NCBI GenBank assembly: GCA_035536395.1
Contig: DATLOE010000003.1
Coordinates: 35,713-99,712 of the forward strand
From: Candidatus Dormiibacterota bacterium
GTDB lineage: Bacteria; Patescibacteriota; Saccharimonadia; UBA4664; DATLOE01
Direction: 5' to 3'
Length of the DNA stretch: 64,000 bases
Part shown: in pieces, positions 38,252-48,739 of the stretch
Layout: each line of letters starts with the position of its first letter
How positions within the stretch are numbered: position 1 is the first letter of the stretch
Notes under the pieces: generated by a model
The model's database searches: none
What the model was told of the DNA's origin: nothing
Seen by the model: only the letters and a program-made list of their open reading frames with translations
Position numbers and translations under genes: made by a program

Positions 38252-41089
38252 ATGAAAAGACGCAGGGTGCTAAGAGGAGGAGCTAAAGGCTTTAAAGGCC
38301 AGCTCAAACTCTTTTCCACCTCATTTACACCCACTGGATTCAAGCGCTACTGGCTCAACCAAGCTGGTGCTCGCCGCGCGGCCAAGATCGCCGGAGTAGG
38401 TTCTTTATTCCTATTTTTAATTTTTCTTTACTTCGCCAAAGACCTTCCTAGTCCGGGTAAGATCAACGCCCGGATAGGCGCTCAGAACACCCGCTTCTAC
38501 GACCGCACCGGCCAGACATTGATTTACGAAGTGCACGGCGATAAAAACCGAACCGTAATCGCGTTCAACGAAATGCCGGACAATATCAAAAAAGCCACCG
38601 TTGCGATCGAAGATAAGGACTTCTTCAAGCATGGGGCCTTTAGTATTTTCGGTATCGGCCGGGCATTTACAGGTGTAGTTTTCCGTGACCCAAGCAAGGG
38701 CGGAGGCTCAACCATTACCCAGCAGTATGTAAAAAACGCCCTGCTATCCCCAGAGCGCACCCTCTCGCGCAAGGTCAAAGAGCTGATTCTAGCGATTGAA
38801 ATCGAGCAGCTCTATAAGAAAGATGACATTCTAAAGCTCTATTTGAATGAAATTCCATACGGATCGCAATCATATGGTATAAAAGCCGCTACCAATACCT
38901 ACTTCTCTAAAGATGTTGAGGATAGGAAAGTACCAAAGGAGCCGCACGAACTAACATTAGATGAGGCGGCACTGCTGGCCGCTATGCCGCAAGCACCCAC
39001 CTACTACTCGCCTTACGGCAACCATCGCGACGCCTTGATAGCCCGACAGCATCTGGTACTCAGCCGTATGGCAGAGCAAGGCTTTATAACGAATGAAGAG
39101 GCCAAGGCCGCGAAAAGCGTAGACACTCTAAGTAAACTTAACCCCAGGCCGAATATTGCATCTAAATCGAAGGCTCCGCATTTCACCCAGTTCCTGCAAG
39201 AACGGCTGGCGAATAAGTATGGCACACGAGTGGTTGAGCAGGGCGGCCTAAAGGTGATTACCAGCCTAGATTTAGAGAAACAGGCAGCGGCCATTGATGC
39301 GGTTCAGAAAAATATGGGTAATGTCCGTCGACTGGGCGGAAGTAACTCCGCGCTGGTTGCTACCGATCCTAAGAGCGGCGAGATTTTAGCCATGGTTGGC
39401 TCATATGATTACAACGATGAAAAATTTGGCGCCTTTAACGTAGCGGCCGCCCACCGCCAACCCGGCTCGAGCTTTAAACCGCTGGTGTACGCCACAATGT
39501 TCAAAAAAAACTGGGGCCCGGGCAGCACTATGTATGATGTAACAACAGATTTCGGCGGCGGCTACAAACCAGAAAACTATACCGATCGTACTTACGGTGT
39601 TCAATCTGTGCGCGCCTCACTAGCCGGTTCGCTAAACATACCGGCTGTTAAAGCACTATACCTTGCGGGCATCAAAGACAGTCTAACCCAGGCGCGCAAA
39701 ATGGGTATTTCTACCCTGAATAGCGACTCCTCCAAGTATGGCTTAAGCTTGGTTTTGGGTTCAGGCGAGGTCAAGCTGGTAGATATGGCTAACGCCTATG
39801 AGACGTTTGCGAACGGCGGTAAACATTACCCTTCTACCGGTGTGGTTAAGATTACCGATGCCCGAGGACGGACATTGCAAGAATCCAAAAAAGCCCAGCC
39901 TAAAAAAGCACTGGACCCGCAGATTGCTTATTTGATTTCCCACATATTAAGCGATAAAGCCGCCGGGCAGTATATATTTGGCGGAGCATTGCAAACTCCT
40001 GGCTTAAACACCGCTATTAAAACCGGTACGACCGAAAACTATCGAGACGCCTGGACCATGGGCTACACGCCAAGCATAGTAGTGGGCGTCTGGGCCGGTA
40101 ATAACGATAATAAGTCGATGACCAAAGCAGCCAGTGCCGTTTCGGCGCCGGCGTTCAAGAGCTTTATTACAGATAAGCGTGTACAGATTAAGAACGAGCA
40201 GTTCGAAAAGCCAGCCGGTATAAAACAGGTCACACTTGATGCCAATACAGGCGCCCTGCCAACATCGGGAGGCAGCCCAAAGACCCGCACCGATATATTC
40301 CCCTCTTGGTATAAACCAGAAACAGCTGGGGCGGTTAAGACCGGTAAAATAGATAAGGTATCTGGCAAGCTAGCCACTGACTGTACTCCGCCGTCCGCTG
40401 TGCAGGAAGTAACCTCTGGCCAAATGGATGCTGAAATTCCCGCAAGTGACCCAGCTTATAGCCGCTGGAATGGGCCGGTGCAGGCATTGGCAAAAAGCAT
40501 GGGCTTCAGTGCCGGGGGCGGACTGCCGACTGAATCAGACGACGTCCATAAATGCAGCGATACGAAGCCATCGGTAAATTTAACGGTGAGCGGCAACGGG
40601 CCGCTGAACATAAGAGCCGACGTCAGCCAGGGCACTCACGCCGTGAATAATCTTACGATTTACTTCGATGATCAGGTGATATCAACTACCGGCGGAGGCT
40701 CATACGAATTCACTTATAACCCCCCTGCTACCGGCAGCCATACGATTAAAGCCAAAGTGAGCGACACGGCTCTATACGAGGGTACAGATGAGGAGGCGGT
40801 TAATGTTACCAGCACCAGCGGTTTTGAAGGCACAGCCCCGGGTAACGGAGTCGTATTTGGGCCAGGATCTAGTATTAACTTTAGGTGGACTACCGCGGGA
40901 GGTGCAAATAAGTACATTATATCGGTAAGCGGACCAGGCGGTAATCAGAGTAATAATGCCGGTAACTCGACCTCATATACCTTTCCCACGCCCTTCATTC
41001 CGCCCGGTAATTACACATGGTATGTACAGGCCTACCATGGTGGCACCCTGCTTACTCAAACTGTCTTAAGAAGTTTTCAGATCCAATAA
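38252..41089 (+). CDS. Class A penicillin-binding protein (transglycosylase/transpeptidase) with a C-terminal Ig/FN3-like extension
   Basis: GT51 motifs (EDKDFFKHGA, TITQQ), transpeptidase motifs SSFKP and KTGTT, and about 250 aa of beta-rich repeats at the C-terminus. Confidence 0.9.
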   Translation: MKRRRVLRGGAKGFKGQLKLFSTSFTPTGFKRYWLNQAGARRAAKIAGVGSLFLFLIFLYFAKDLPSPGKINARIGAQNTRFYDRTGQTLIYEVHGDKNRTVIAFNEMPDNIKKATVAIEDKDFFKHGAFSIFGIGRAFTGVVFRDPSKGGGSTITQQYVKNALLSPERTLSRKVKELILAIEIEQLYKKDDILKLYLNEIPYGSQSYGIKAATNTYFSKDVEDRKVPKEPHELTLDEAALLAAMPQAPTYYSPYGNHRDALIARQHLVLSRMAEQGFITNEEAKAAKSVDTLSKLNPRPNIASKSKAPHFTQFLQERLANKYGTRVVEQGGLKVITSLDLEKQAAAIDAVQKNMGNVRRLGGSNSALVATDPKSGEILAMVGSYDYNDEKFGAFNVAAAHRQPGSSFKPLVYATMFKKNWGPGSTMYDVTTDFGGGYKPENYTDRTYGVQSVRASLAGSLNIPAVKALYLAGIKDSLTQARKMGISTLNSDSSKYGLSLVLGSGEVKLVDMANAYETFANGGKHYPSTGVVKITDARGRTLQESKKAQPKKALDPQIAYLISHILSDKAAGQYIFGGALQTPGLNTAIKTGTTENYRDAWTMGYTPSIVVGVWAGNNDNKSMTKAASAVSAPAFKSFITDKRVQIKNEQFEKPAGIKQVTLDANTGALPTSGGSPKTRTDIFPSWYKPETAGAVKTGKIDKVSGKLATDCTPPSAVQEVTSGQMDAEIPASDPAYSRWNGPVQALAKSMGFSAGGGLPTESDDVHKCSDTKPSVNLTVSGNGPLNIRADVSQGTHAVNNLTIYFDDQVISTTGGGSYEFTYNPPATGSHTIKAKVSDTALYEGTDEEAVNVTSTSGFEGTAPGNGVVFGPGSSINFRWTTAGGANKYIISVSGPGGNQSNNAGNSTSYTFPTPFIPPGNYTWYVQAYHGGTLLTQTVLRSFQIQ

Positions 41090-41100
41090 TTTCATGGTGG

Positions 41101-41931
41101 TTAGGCGGTTAACTCTACTAAGTCGTCTTCTATATTTCGATTTGTGCGATGGCGGTTTTTAGCGCCACTGGCTTGTGGGCGCTGGCCACGCTGCCGACTG
41201 TGCCGTTTAGGGGGCTGGCCGCTATCAGATTTAACCGGTACCGCAAACAGCATTTTGCCGGCTACGGTTTGGAATACGCGGGTAATCTCTACTAGCAACT
41301 CCTGGCCAATCAGCCTATCGCCGCGGTCGATTACAATCATAGTTCCGTCAGACAGATAGCCTACCCCCTGCCCCTTCTCTTTGCCGGCCTGCACTACTTT
41401 TACCATCATCTGCTCGCCAGGAAGTACGACTGGACGGATAGCGTTTGAAAGCTCATTAATATTAAGCACCCTGACGCCTTCGATCTGGGCTACCCGATTC
41501 AAGTTGTAATCGGTAGTTAATATTTGTGTACCTAGCTTTCTGGCTAGATGCACCAGCTTGGCATCTACCTCTTCTACATCCTCAGGGTCATCTTCTATAA
41601 TTTCTAAATGCACACCCTCGGCCGTCTTAATGGTATTAAGCATTTCCAGCCCTCTGCGCCCGCGACTGCGGCGCAGGCTATCGCTAGAATCGGCAATATT
41701 CTGTAATTCCGCCAGAATAAATCTCGGCACCAGCAGCTTACCGGGCACAAAACCGGCTCGCGCTATATCTGCAATCCGGCCATCTATAATCACCGATGTA
41801 TCTACTAGAATCTCTGATGCAGCCAATAGATTAGGGTTTACTGCCGCGTTTCTAGCTGCTATTGCCTTAGCTGCAATGGCCGCGCTTAGCATTGCGGCAA
41901 AAGCAAGCAGGCCAATTAAAAATAATTCCAT
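41101..41931 (-). CDS. PIN/TRAM-domain membrane protein (YacL-like)
   Basis: N-terminal TM segments, the PIN signature [11 protein letters not shown], and a C-terminal TRAM-like beta region. Adjacent to radA, as in Bacillus. Confidence 0.6.
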   Translation of the reverse strand: MELFLIGLLAFAAMLSAAIAAKAIAARNAAVNPNLLAASEILVDTSVIIDGRIADIARAGFVPGKLLVPRFILAELQNIADSSDSLRRSRGRRGLEMLNTIKTAEGVHLEIIEDDPEDVEEVDAKLVHLARKLGTQILTTDYNLNRVAQIEGVRVLNINELSNAIRPVVLPGEQMMVKVVQAGKEKGQGVGYLSDGTMIVIDRGDRLIGQELLVEITRVFQTVAGKMLFAVPVKSDSGQPPKRHSRQRGQRPQASGAKNRHRTNRNIEDDLVELTA

Positions 41932-41949
41932 ATTAATTTCCTATTTAGT

Positions 41950-43275
41950 TTAATGTAGGGCAGTTTCTACGGCTTGGGCGATATTCGCTACTTGGCCGGT
42001 GCGGCCTTTTACCTTAGATAGCGGCATTAGAGCCGACTTAAAGCCCAGTTTCCTAGATTCAGCTATGCGGGATTCCACATTACTGACAGACCGTATCTCT
42101 CCGCTTAAACCGACTTCGCCAAATGCTATGAGATTATGGGCAACCGGCTGATTCTTATACGCAGACGCGATTGCTAAAATAATTGCCAGATCGGCGGCCG
42201 GTTCGGTGATCTTCAGTCCGCCAACGATGTTAACATAAATGTCCTGATCACTCAAATTCAGCCCAGTACGCTTCTGCAAGACCGCTACCAAGACATTTAG
42301 GCGGTTAATATCAAAGCCAGCTGCAGTTCGCTTGGGGTAGCCGAAGGGACTTTTGGATACCAGTGCCTGGACCTCGACCAGTAGGGGGCGGGTTCCTTCC
42401 AGCGTGGCCAGCACCACCGAGCCAGGCGCTGTTTGGCGTTCTGCCAGTAACGCTTCCGAAGGGTTTGGTACCGGTACAAGCCCAGAATCACGCATTTCAA
42501 AAATGCCAACCTCGCTAACGGCTCCAAAGCGATTCTTTACCCCCCTTAAGGCTTTAAAGGTACCGTAGCGGCTGCCTTCCAGGTAAATAACCACATCTAC
42601 TAGATGCTCTAGAATCTTCGGCCCGGCAATCAACCCCTCTTTGGTTACATGGCCTATTATCAGTACAGCCGTATGGGTGCGCTTGGCTACCTGTTGCAGT
42701 ATCTGGGCGCTGGCGGTAATCTGCCCGGCCGTACCAGGGCTGCCCGTCAGGCTTTCTACCCCCAAAGTCTGTATGGAATCTATTATAACCAAATCGTACT
42801 GCCCGGCTGCAATCGTAGCGACTATCTGCTCAGCTCCGGTTTCTGTGAGCAAATCCAGGTTAATATCTGCCAGCTTAAGGCGCTCCGAGCGCAGCTTTAT
42901 CTGGCTGGCCGACTCCTCGCCGCTCACGTATAGTACGGTACTGCCAGCGGCCACCCTGGCTGCTACCTGTAGCACCAGGGTCGATTTGCCCACGCCTGGA
43001 TCGCCCGAAAGCAACATGACCGAGCCGGGTACGATGCCGCCGCCCAAGACTTGATTTACTTCCGGTATGCCGGTATCGATCCGCGGCATCTTAGCAGATG
43101 ATATAGAGGCCAGTCTTTCGGGCTTTAGGGCCGTCGCTCCCGCAAACCGGCTGGAGCTGGCCGGCACCTGTTCAAGCAGGCTGTTCCAGCGGCCGCACTC
43201 TACGCACTTGCCGCTCCATTTGGAATAACGAGCACCGCATTCCTCGCATACAAATTGAGTTAAGGTCTTAGCCAT
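41950..43275 (-). CDS. radA: DNA repair protein RadA/Sms
   Basis: N-terminal zinc finger CEECG...CVECG, Walker A GDPGVGKST, and a Lon-like C-terminus. Confidence 0.92.
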   Translation of the reverse strand: MAKTLTQFVCEECGARYSKWSGKCVECGRWNSLLEQVPASSSRFAGATALKPERLASISSAKMPRIDTGIPEVNQVLGGGIVPGSVMLLSGDPGVGKSTLVLQVAARVAAGSTVLYVSGEESASQIKLRSERLKLADINLDLLTETGAEQIVATIAAGQYDLVIIDSIQTLGVESLTGSPGTAGQITASAQILQQVAKRTHTAVLIIGHVTKEGLIAGPKILEHLVDVVIYLEGSRYGTFKALRGVKNRFGAVSEVGIFEMRDSGLVPVPNPSEALLAERQTAPGSVVLATLEGTRPLLVEVQALVSKSPFGYPKRTAAGFDINRLNVLVAVLQKRTGLNLSDQDIYVNIVGGLKITEPAADLAIILAIASAYKNQPVAHNLIAFGEVGLSGEIRSVSNVESRIAESRKLGFKSALMPLSKVKGRTGQVANIAQAVETALH

Positions 43276-43324
43276 AACCGAATTGTATCATAAAAACCGA
43301 ACAAAAAGCAAACAGTTTATTTAT

Positions 43325-45805
43325 TTAAGATTTAATCTTGGCCAAAGCCTTTAGAATGAGCTGGCCGTCCTTAGCGGCCACGGCAATCGTATCGCCCTCT
43401 TTAAACTCGCCGCTCAATAAGCCGACAGCCAGCGGATCCTCAATGTAATCCTGAATCGCCCGGCGCATCGGGCGGGCGCCTTGCTCGATGTTGTAACCTT
43501 TCTCTATCAAGAAATCTTTTGCCGATGGCTGGACCTTAATAATAAGATTCTGTTCACCCAAGCGCTTGCCTAAATCATCTAACTGCAGCGCCAGGATTTT
43601 CTTAATATCCAGCTTAGAGAGCGGTTTGAATACTATAGTGTCATCGATACGGTTAAGGAACTCGGGGCGGAAGGTCTTCTTTAATGATTCCAGCACCTGC
43701 TCCTTAACCTCCTCGTGGCGCTCCTGCAGCAGTTTTTCTTCAGCGGGAGTGTCGGTCTTAAAGCCCAGACGCGCCGCCTGCCGCAAATTCTCAGCCCCCA
43801 CATTGGAGGTCATAATAATCACCGTATTGCGGAAATCGATCCTGCGCCCCTTGGCATCTGATACATAGCCGTCCTCCAGAATCTGCAGCAGCATATTAAA
43901 CACATCTGGGTGGGCTTTTTCTATCTCATCAAACAGTACTAGACTGTAAGGCTTGCGGCGTACCACTTCTGTTAGCTGGCCACCATCATCATAGCCGACA
44001 TATCCGGCCGGAGCGCCGACCAAACGGGCGACATTATGCTTTTCCATAAACTCACTCATATCGATCTTTACCAGTGCGTCGCGACTGTTAAATATCTCAT
44101 CGCTCAGCACTCTAGCCAGCTCGGTCTTACCGACACCGGTTGGACCCAGGAATATAAATGATCCAATCGGGCGGCGCGCGTCGCTAATACCGGTACGGCT
44201 GCGGCGGATCGATTTAGCTATGGCTGCCACGGCCTCACTCTGCCCCACTACGCGCTTAGCCAGAGACTGGTCGAGCTTTACTAGGTTTTGGATCTCGGTA
44301 TTTATCAGCCGTGTCACCGGTACGCCCGTCATCACGCTAATTACCTGGGCTATCTCATGAGCCGTAATCCTAAGCGACTCGCGGCCCACGCCTTCTTTAG
44401 CCTGCATTGCCTGTATCTTCTGCTCTAGTTGGCTGGCTTTAGTCTTAAGTTTTGCGGCCATCTCAAAATCTTCCTCATTCACCGATTCTTCAATTTCATT
44501 CTGAATAGAGGCCATTTGCTTCTGCAGGCCTCGCAAGGGCTTACTGGAAGCACCGCGCTTAATTCGCACCAGAGAAGCCGCCTCATCTATCAAATCAATG
44601 GCTTTATCTGGCAGAAAACGGTCGGCAACATAACGCTGGGCTAGCTTGGCGGCATGTGCAATAGCATCATCGGTAATTTCTACCCGATGGTGCTCCTCAT
44701 ACTTAGCTCTCAGTCCCTGCAGAACTTCAATAGTTTCCTCTACTGAAGCCTCTGGTACCTGCACCGACTGGAATCGGCGCTCCAAAGCTGAATCCTTCTC
44801 TATGTGTTTACGGTATTCCTCAATCGTGGTAGCACCAACTACCTGGATGTCTCCGCGACTTAAGGCCGGCTTCAAAATGTTAGCGGCATCAATCGCGCCC
44901 TCGGCCGCTCCGGCGCCAACTACCGTATGCAGCTCATCTATGAATAATATGACGTCGCGGTTAGCCTTGGTTTCATCCAGTAGCTTTTTGAGCCGCTCTT
45001 CGAATTCGCCTCGGTATTTGGTACCGGCAATCACACTGGCCAGATCGAGCATAATAATCCGTTTGCCCTGCAGCATCTCTGGTACTTCTTCGGTAACTAC
45101 CTTCTGGGCCAAGCCCTCGACAATGGCGGTCTTGCCGACTCCTGGCTCGCCGATCAGCACCGGATTATTCTTACTGCGGCGGTTGAGAATAGTAATTACC
45201 CGGCCAATCTCTGTCTCACGCCCAATTACAGGATCTAGCTTGCCCTCCACTGCTGCCGCTGTTAAATCCACCCCAAAGCTGTCTAGTGCCGGCGTCTTGG
45301 TTTTGGGCTTTTTGGTGGTGGCCGAAGAAGTTTTGGTGGCTTCTTCGCCCGAGAAGAACTGCTGGTTACTCAAGTAGCCTTCCAGCTCGACGCGAACAAT
45401 AGACGGATCGACCTTGATGTCTTTTAAGAGAGCGTTGGCCCGGGCATTTTTCTGGCTAAGGATCGCGAACAGGATATGTTCAGTGCCCGAATAGGGCTGG
45501 CCGAAATCACGGGCTACCCGCCAAGAGTAAGTTAAGGTAGCCTTGGCCGTTTCTGAAAGTCCCTTGTGACTGGTTTTAGGAAGCAGAGACGGGGAGTAGC
45601 TCATTATTTCTTGGGCTTTATCCATAGTCACTCCGGAATTGCGCAAAATCTTGGCACCAATCGAACTCTCTTGCTGCAGTACGCCCAGCAAGATGTGTTC
45701 TGTACCAATGTAGCTAGAGGCCATAGCCCTAGCTATGATATCGGCATTTTCCAGACTTTTTTTTGCGTTCTCGGTGAACCTGTCGAACTGTGCTCCAAGA
45801 TCCAT
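43325..45805 (-). CDS. clpC: Clp ATPase ClpC (two AAA+ modules with a Clp_N repeat)
   Basis: 826 aa with GEPGVGKT and GPTGVGKT. Confidence 0.88.
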   Translation of the reverse strand: MDLGAQFDRFTENAKKSLENADIIARAMASSYIGTEHILLGVLQQESSIGAKILRNSGVTMDKAQEIMSYSPSLLPKTSHKGLSETAKATLTYSWRVARDFGQPYSGTEHILFAILSQKNARANALLKDIKVDPSIVRVELEGYLSNQQFFSGEEATKTSSATTKKPKTKTPALDSFGVDLTAAAVEGKLDPVIGRETEIGRVITILNRRSKNNPVLIGEPGVGKTAIVEGLAQKVVTEEVPEMLQGKRIIMLDLASVIAGTKYRGEFEERLKKLLDETKANRDVILFIDELHTVVGAGAAEGAIDAANILKPALSRGDIQVVGATTIEEYRKHIEKDSALERRFQSVQVPEASVEETIEVLQGLRAKYEEHHRVEITDDAIAHAAKLAQRYVADRFLPDKAIDLIDEAASLVRIKRGASSKPLRGLQKQMASIQNEIEESVNEEDFEMAAKLKTKASQLEQKIQAMQAKEGVGRESLRITAHEIAQVISVMTGVPVTRLINTEIQNLVKLDQSLAKRVVGQSEAVAAIAKSIRRSRTGISDARRPIGSFIFLGPTGVGKTELARVLSDEIFNSRDALVKIDMSEFMEKHNVARLVGAPAGYVGYDDGGQLTEVVRRKPYSLVLFDEIEKAHPDVFNMLLQILEDGYVSDAKGRRIDFRNTVIIMTSNVGAENLRQAARLGFKTDTPAEEKLLQERHEEVKEQVLESLKKTFRPEFLNRIDDTIVFKPLSKLDIKKILALQLDDLGKRLGEQNLIIKVQPSAKDFLIEKGYNIEQGARPMRRAIQDYIEDPLAVGLLSGEFKEGDTIAVAAKDGQLILKALAKIKS

Positions 45806-45893
45806 TTTGCCGTTCCCTACTTATACACTTCCATTTTAGCATCTAACTGCCAGGGTGAATCAGTATTTTAAACAAAACTTCGAGGCAAACTGC

Positions 45894-47204
45894 CTATTCT
45901 TTGGGTGCATCTGCCTCTGATGCTGCAGGCTCTTGGCCTAGCGCTTCGGCTGTCTCTTCTTCTAATTCAGGTGTCTCTGCCTGCTCAGGTGCCTCTTCTG
46001 CTGTTGGCGCCTCAGTCGAAGTTTCATCCGCGATCTGCTGCTCTACAGCCTCAATCAAAGAGCCTTCCAGATCCTTACGGCGGGCAGACTTCTTTTCGGT
46101 GGCGGCTTCGGCCACAGCCTCTACCTTAGATTCATCAGCACTCACAATATCAATATTCCAATTCGTTAATTTAGCGGCCAAGCGCACGTTTTGGCCTTGT
46201 TTACCAATAGCCAGAGAAAGCTGGTCTTCAGGCACTTTTACAGTCGCCTTGTTCTCCTTCTCATCCAGTTCCACACTAATAACCTTGGTCGGAGAAAGCG
46301 CGTTTATAATGTAGGTTTTGGGGTCTTCGTCGTAGAGAATAATATCTATCTTCTCCTCGCCCAGCTCACCCATCACTGCCTGCACCCGGGCGCCCCTGCC
46401 CCCCACAAACGTACCGACCGCGTCCACACCATCGGTATTAGAGAGTACGGCCACCTTACTTCTGGTGCCGGCCTCGCGGGCTACGCCTTTAATTTCAACT
46501 GCGCCGGATTCCAGCTCGGGCACTTCCATCTCAAAAAGCGCCTTCACAATATTAGGATGCGCCCGAGAGAGAACAATCTGCGGGCCGCGGCTGGTCTGCT
46601 CTACCCGCACTACGTAAACTTTAACCCGCTGCCCGTTGTAGTAACGCTCACCCGGAATCTGCTCGGAAGCAAACAGCACACCGAGCGATTTACCGAGATC
46701 CACGTATACAATGTTGCCATCTACTCGCTGCACGACACCGTTTAAGACGGTCTCTTCTTTATCTTTATACTCGTTAAAGACGATCTCGCGCTCGGCTTCT
46801 CGTAGACGCTGAATAATTACCTGTTTAGCGGTCTGAGCTGCCACCCGGCCGAAATCCTTCGGGTGCTCCTCATACTCTACGGTATTCGGCTCTTCTTCGC
46901 CGTCGGCCGAGGTCTTAACGCCAACCTTGGCATCCTTATCGTGCTTTTTAGCCTCTTCCAGGCTGATTTGCAGGTGAGGGTTTTCCACCTCTTCAGCGGT
47001 TTTTACAATCTCTTTGGTTACGTAAACCTGTACCGAGCCGTCTTTTTCGTTTAATCTAGTGCGCACCACTTGGTCTTTATCGCCGTAATCCTTCTTATAG
47101 GCGGCGGCCAAGGCGGCCTCTACTGTTTCTACTACCAGCTCACGCGGCAGGTTCTTTTCTTCTGTTAAGAGATCGATAGCTTTTAGAAAGTTAACTTGTT
47201 CCAT
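45894..47204 (-). CDS. nusA: Transcription termination/antitermination factor NusA with an acidic C-terminal extension (start taken at MEQVNF; the track ORF extends to 47258)
   Basis: S1 and KH domains. An AAGGAAAA ribosome-binding site precedes the internal ATG, and a TTGACT, 17 nt spacer, TACAAT promoter lies at about 47262-47290. Confidence 0.88.
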   Translation of the reverse strand: MEQVNFLKAIDLLTEEKNLPRELVVETVEAALAAAYKKDYGDKDQVVRTRLNEKDGSVQVYVTKEIVKTAEEVENPHLQISLEEAKKHDKDAKVGVKTSADGEEEPNTVEYEEHPKDFGRVAAQTAKQVIIQRLREAEREIVFNEYKDKEETVLNGVVQRVDGNIVYVDLGKSLGVLFASEQIPGERYYNGQRVKVYVVRVEQTSRGPQIVLSRAHPNIVKALFEMEVPELESGAVEIKGVAREAGTRSKVAVLSNTDGVDAVGTFVGGRGARVQAVMGELGEEKIDIILYDEDPKTYIINALSPTKVISVELDEKENKATVKVPEDQLSLAIGKQGQNVRLAAKLTNWNIDIVSADESKVEAVAEAATEKKSARRKDLEGSLIEAVEQQIADETSTEAPTAEEAPEQAETPELEEETAEALGQEPAASEADAPKE

Positions 47205-47300
47205 ATTTTCCTTATTTTTTGATGAAAAAAGCCGGTTGGGAACCGACTGAAAGTGCAATTATTGTAAATAAAAACAGCTATTTAGTCAAGGAAAGGAAAA

Positions 47301-47324
47301 CCCCGCTCCGGTTAAGGAGCGGGG
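47301..47324 (-). terminator. Intrinsic terminator (ccccgctcc-ggttaa-ggagcgggg followed by TTTCCTTTCCTT on the minus strand)
   Basis: Seen in the sequence. Confidence 0.5.
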
Positions 47325-47334
47325 TTATACCGCC

Positions 47335-47661
47335 TTATGCGTTGCTTGCGCCCCTCTGGGGCTTAATCGCGCGCAAATTGCGGCTGGTATCACGGGCCGG
47401 CATCTCTGCCGTTTCTGTGTGGGGCACTTCCCCACCCTCTGCCCGCTTGATGTCCTGCTTGAGCAGGTACTGCTTGCACACAGCGATCATCAAGATGAGC
47501 GACCCGATGGTCATGCCGATCCACCCTATAGGGTCTTGCAGGTTGCGATCGAGCCCCACGGGAGCCTGAGCCGCAACCACAGCCGACACGATCAAGACGA
47601 TCATGCCGATCAGAAAGAACAAGCGGGTGAGACCCAGCTGGCGCCGAAGACTCATGCACAA
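47335..47661 (-). CDS. Small two-TM membrane protein, hypothetical
   Basis: 108 aa. Overlapping alternative-frame ORFs are probably GC-driven artefacts. Confidence 0.4.
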   Translation of the reverse strand: MCMSLRRQLGLTRLFFLIGMIVLIVSAVVAAQAPVGLDRNLQDPIGWIGMTIGSLILMIAVCKQYLLKQDIKRAEGGEVPHTETAEMPARDTSRNLRAIKPQRGASNA

Positions 47662-47745
47662 CCTCCTGGTACGGGTTTAGAGGGAGCGTTAAGCTGTTAA
47701 CTCAACGCGAAAAGTATACCAGTAAAGCTTATGTTTGTCAATAGC

Positions 47746-48090
47746 CTAGAGAGCATTTGGCAGGTACTCTACAGATAGGGAGCCCCCATCTGGAGCCACA
47801 GATGCAATATCTACCTGATAATCACCTGTAAAGCCGTTTTTAGCCACCCAAGCGGTGGCTGCCCTTCTGAGGCGCCGGGTTTTATCAGGTGTAATGTATT
47901 CGAATCCGGTGCCGTAAGCAGCCGATTTGCGGTATTTAACTTCTACAAAACTTACCACTTTGCCCCTTCTAGCCACTATGTCTATTTCGCAAAAAGGCGT
48001 CCGCCAGTTGCGGTCCAGCACCTTATAGCCTTTTTGTTCAAGCCAATCAGCTACACAATCTTCAGCTTTTTTGCCAATCTCAACCGACAA
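47746..48090 (-). CDS. yraN: UPF0102/YraN-family endonuclease-like protein
   Basis: 114 aa. Overlaps rnhB by 11 nt, a conserved rnhB-yraN arrangement. Confidence 0.7.
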   Translation of the reverse strand: MSVEIGKKAEDCVADWLEQKGYKVLDRNWRTPFCEIDIVARRGKVVSFVEVKYRKSAAYGTGFEYITPDKTRRLRRAATAWVAKNGFTGDYQVDIASVAPDGGSLSVEYLPNAL

Positions 48091-48703
48091 GGCTAAGTTC
48101 CCTCACCGGCTGGTAAGAGTACCGGTGCAGCGGGCTGGGGCCGTACTGCGCAAGAGCCGCCCGGTGGAATTTAGTACCGTAGCCTTTGTGGCCTGCAAAA
48201 CCGTATAGGTGGTACGTGCGATGCAGTAGCTCCATATATGAATCACGTGCGACTTTCGCGATAATCGATGCGGCCGCTACACACAGGCAGCTGCCATCAG
48301 CGCCAACTATAGCCCTGGAGCTGTATGCACCAGAGAGGTAATTGTGGTTGCCATCCAGAAGTACGGCATCAATACCGTTGCCTAAGCTTGCAAGCGCGCG
48401 CTTGCCAGAAGTGGTAACTGCCCATGTTAAACCCGATTTATCGAGCTCACCATTTGCCACCCACCCGACACCTATAGCAAGAGCCGTACGCTTAATGGCC
48501 TCTGCGGCCTTATGCCTCTCCTCATGTGTTAGCAGTTTAGAGTCGGCCACCATAGGCAGATCGCAATCCTCCGGTAGAATTACGGCCGCAGCCGTAACCG
48601 GCCCGGCTAGTGCACCTCTGCCTACCTCATCTATCCCCACCACATACCGATGACCTGCCTGCCAAAGCTCCGTTTCTGCCTGCCTGGTTGGCGTAATTTT
48701 CAT
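48080..48703 (-). CDS. rnhB: Ribonuclease HII
   Basis: Contains GIDEVGRGALAGPV and DSK. Confidence 0.9.
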   Translation of the reverse strand: MKITPTRQAETELWQAGHRYVVGIDEVGRGALAGPVTAAAVILPEDCDLPMVADSKLLTHEERHKAAEAIKRTALAIGVGWVANGELDKSGLTWAVTTSGKRALASLGNGIDAVLLDGNHNYLSGAYSSRAIVGADGSCLCVAAASIIAKVARDSYMELLHRTYHLYGFAGHKGYGTKFHRAALAQYGPSPLHRYSYQPVRELSLVG

Positions 48704-48739
48704 ACACCAAGAATAACAAATTTAGAAAAGTTTAAATAA

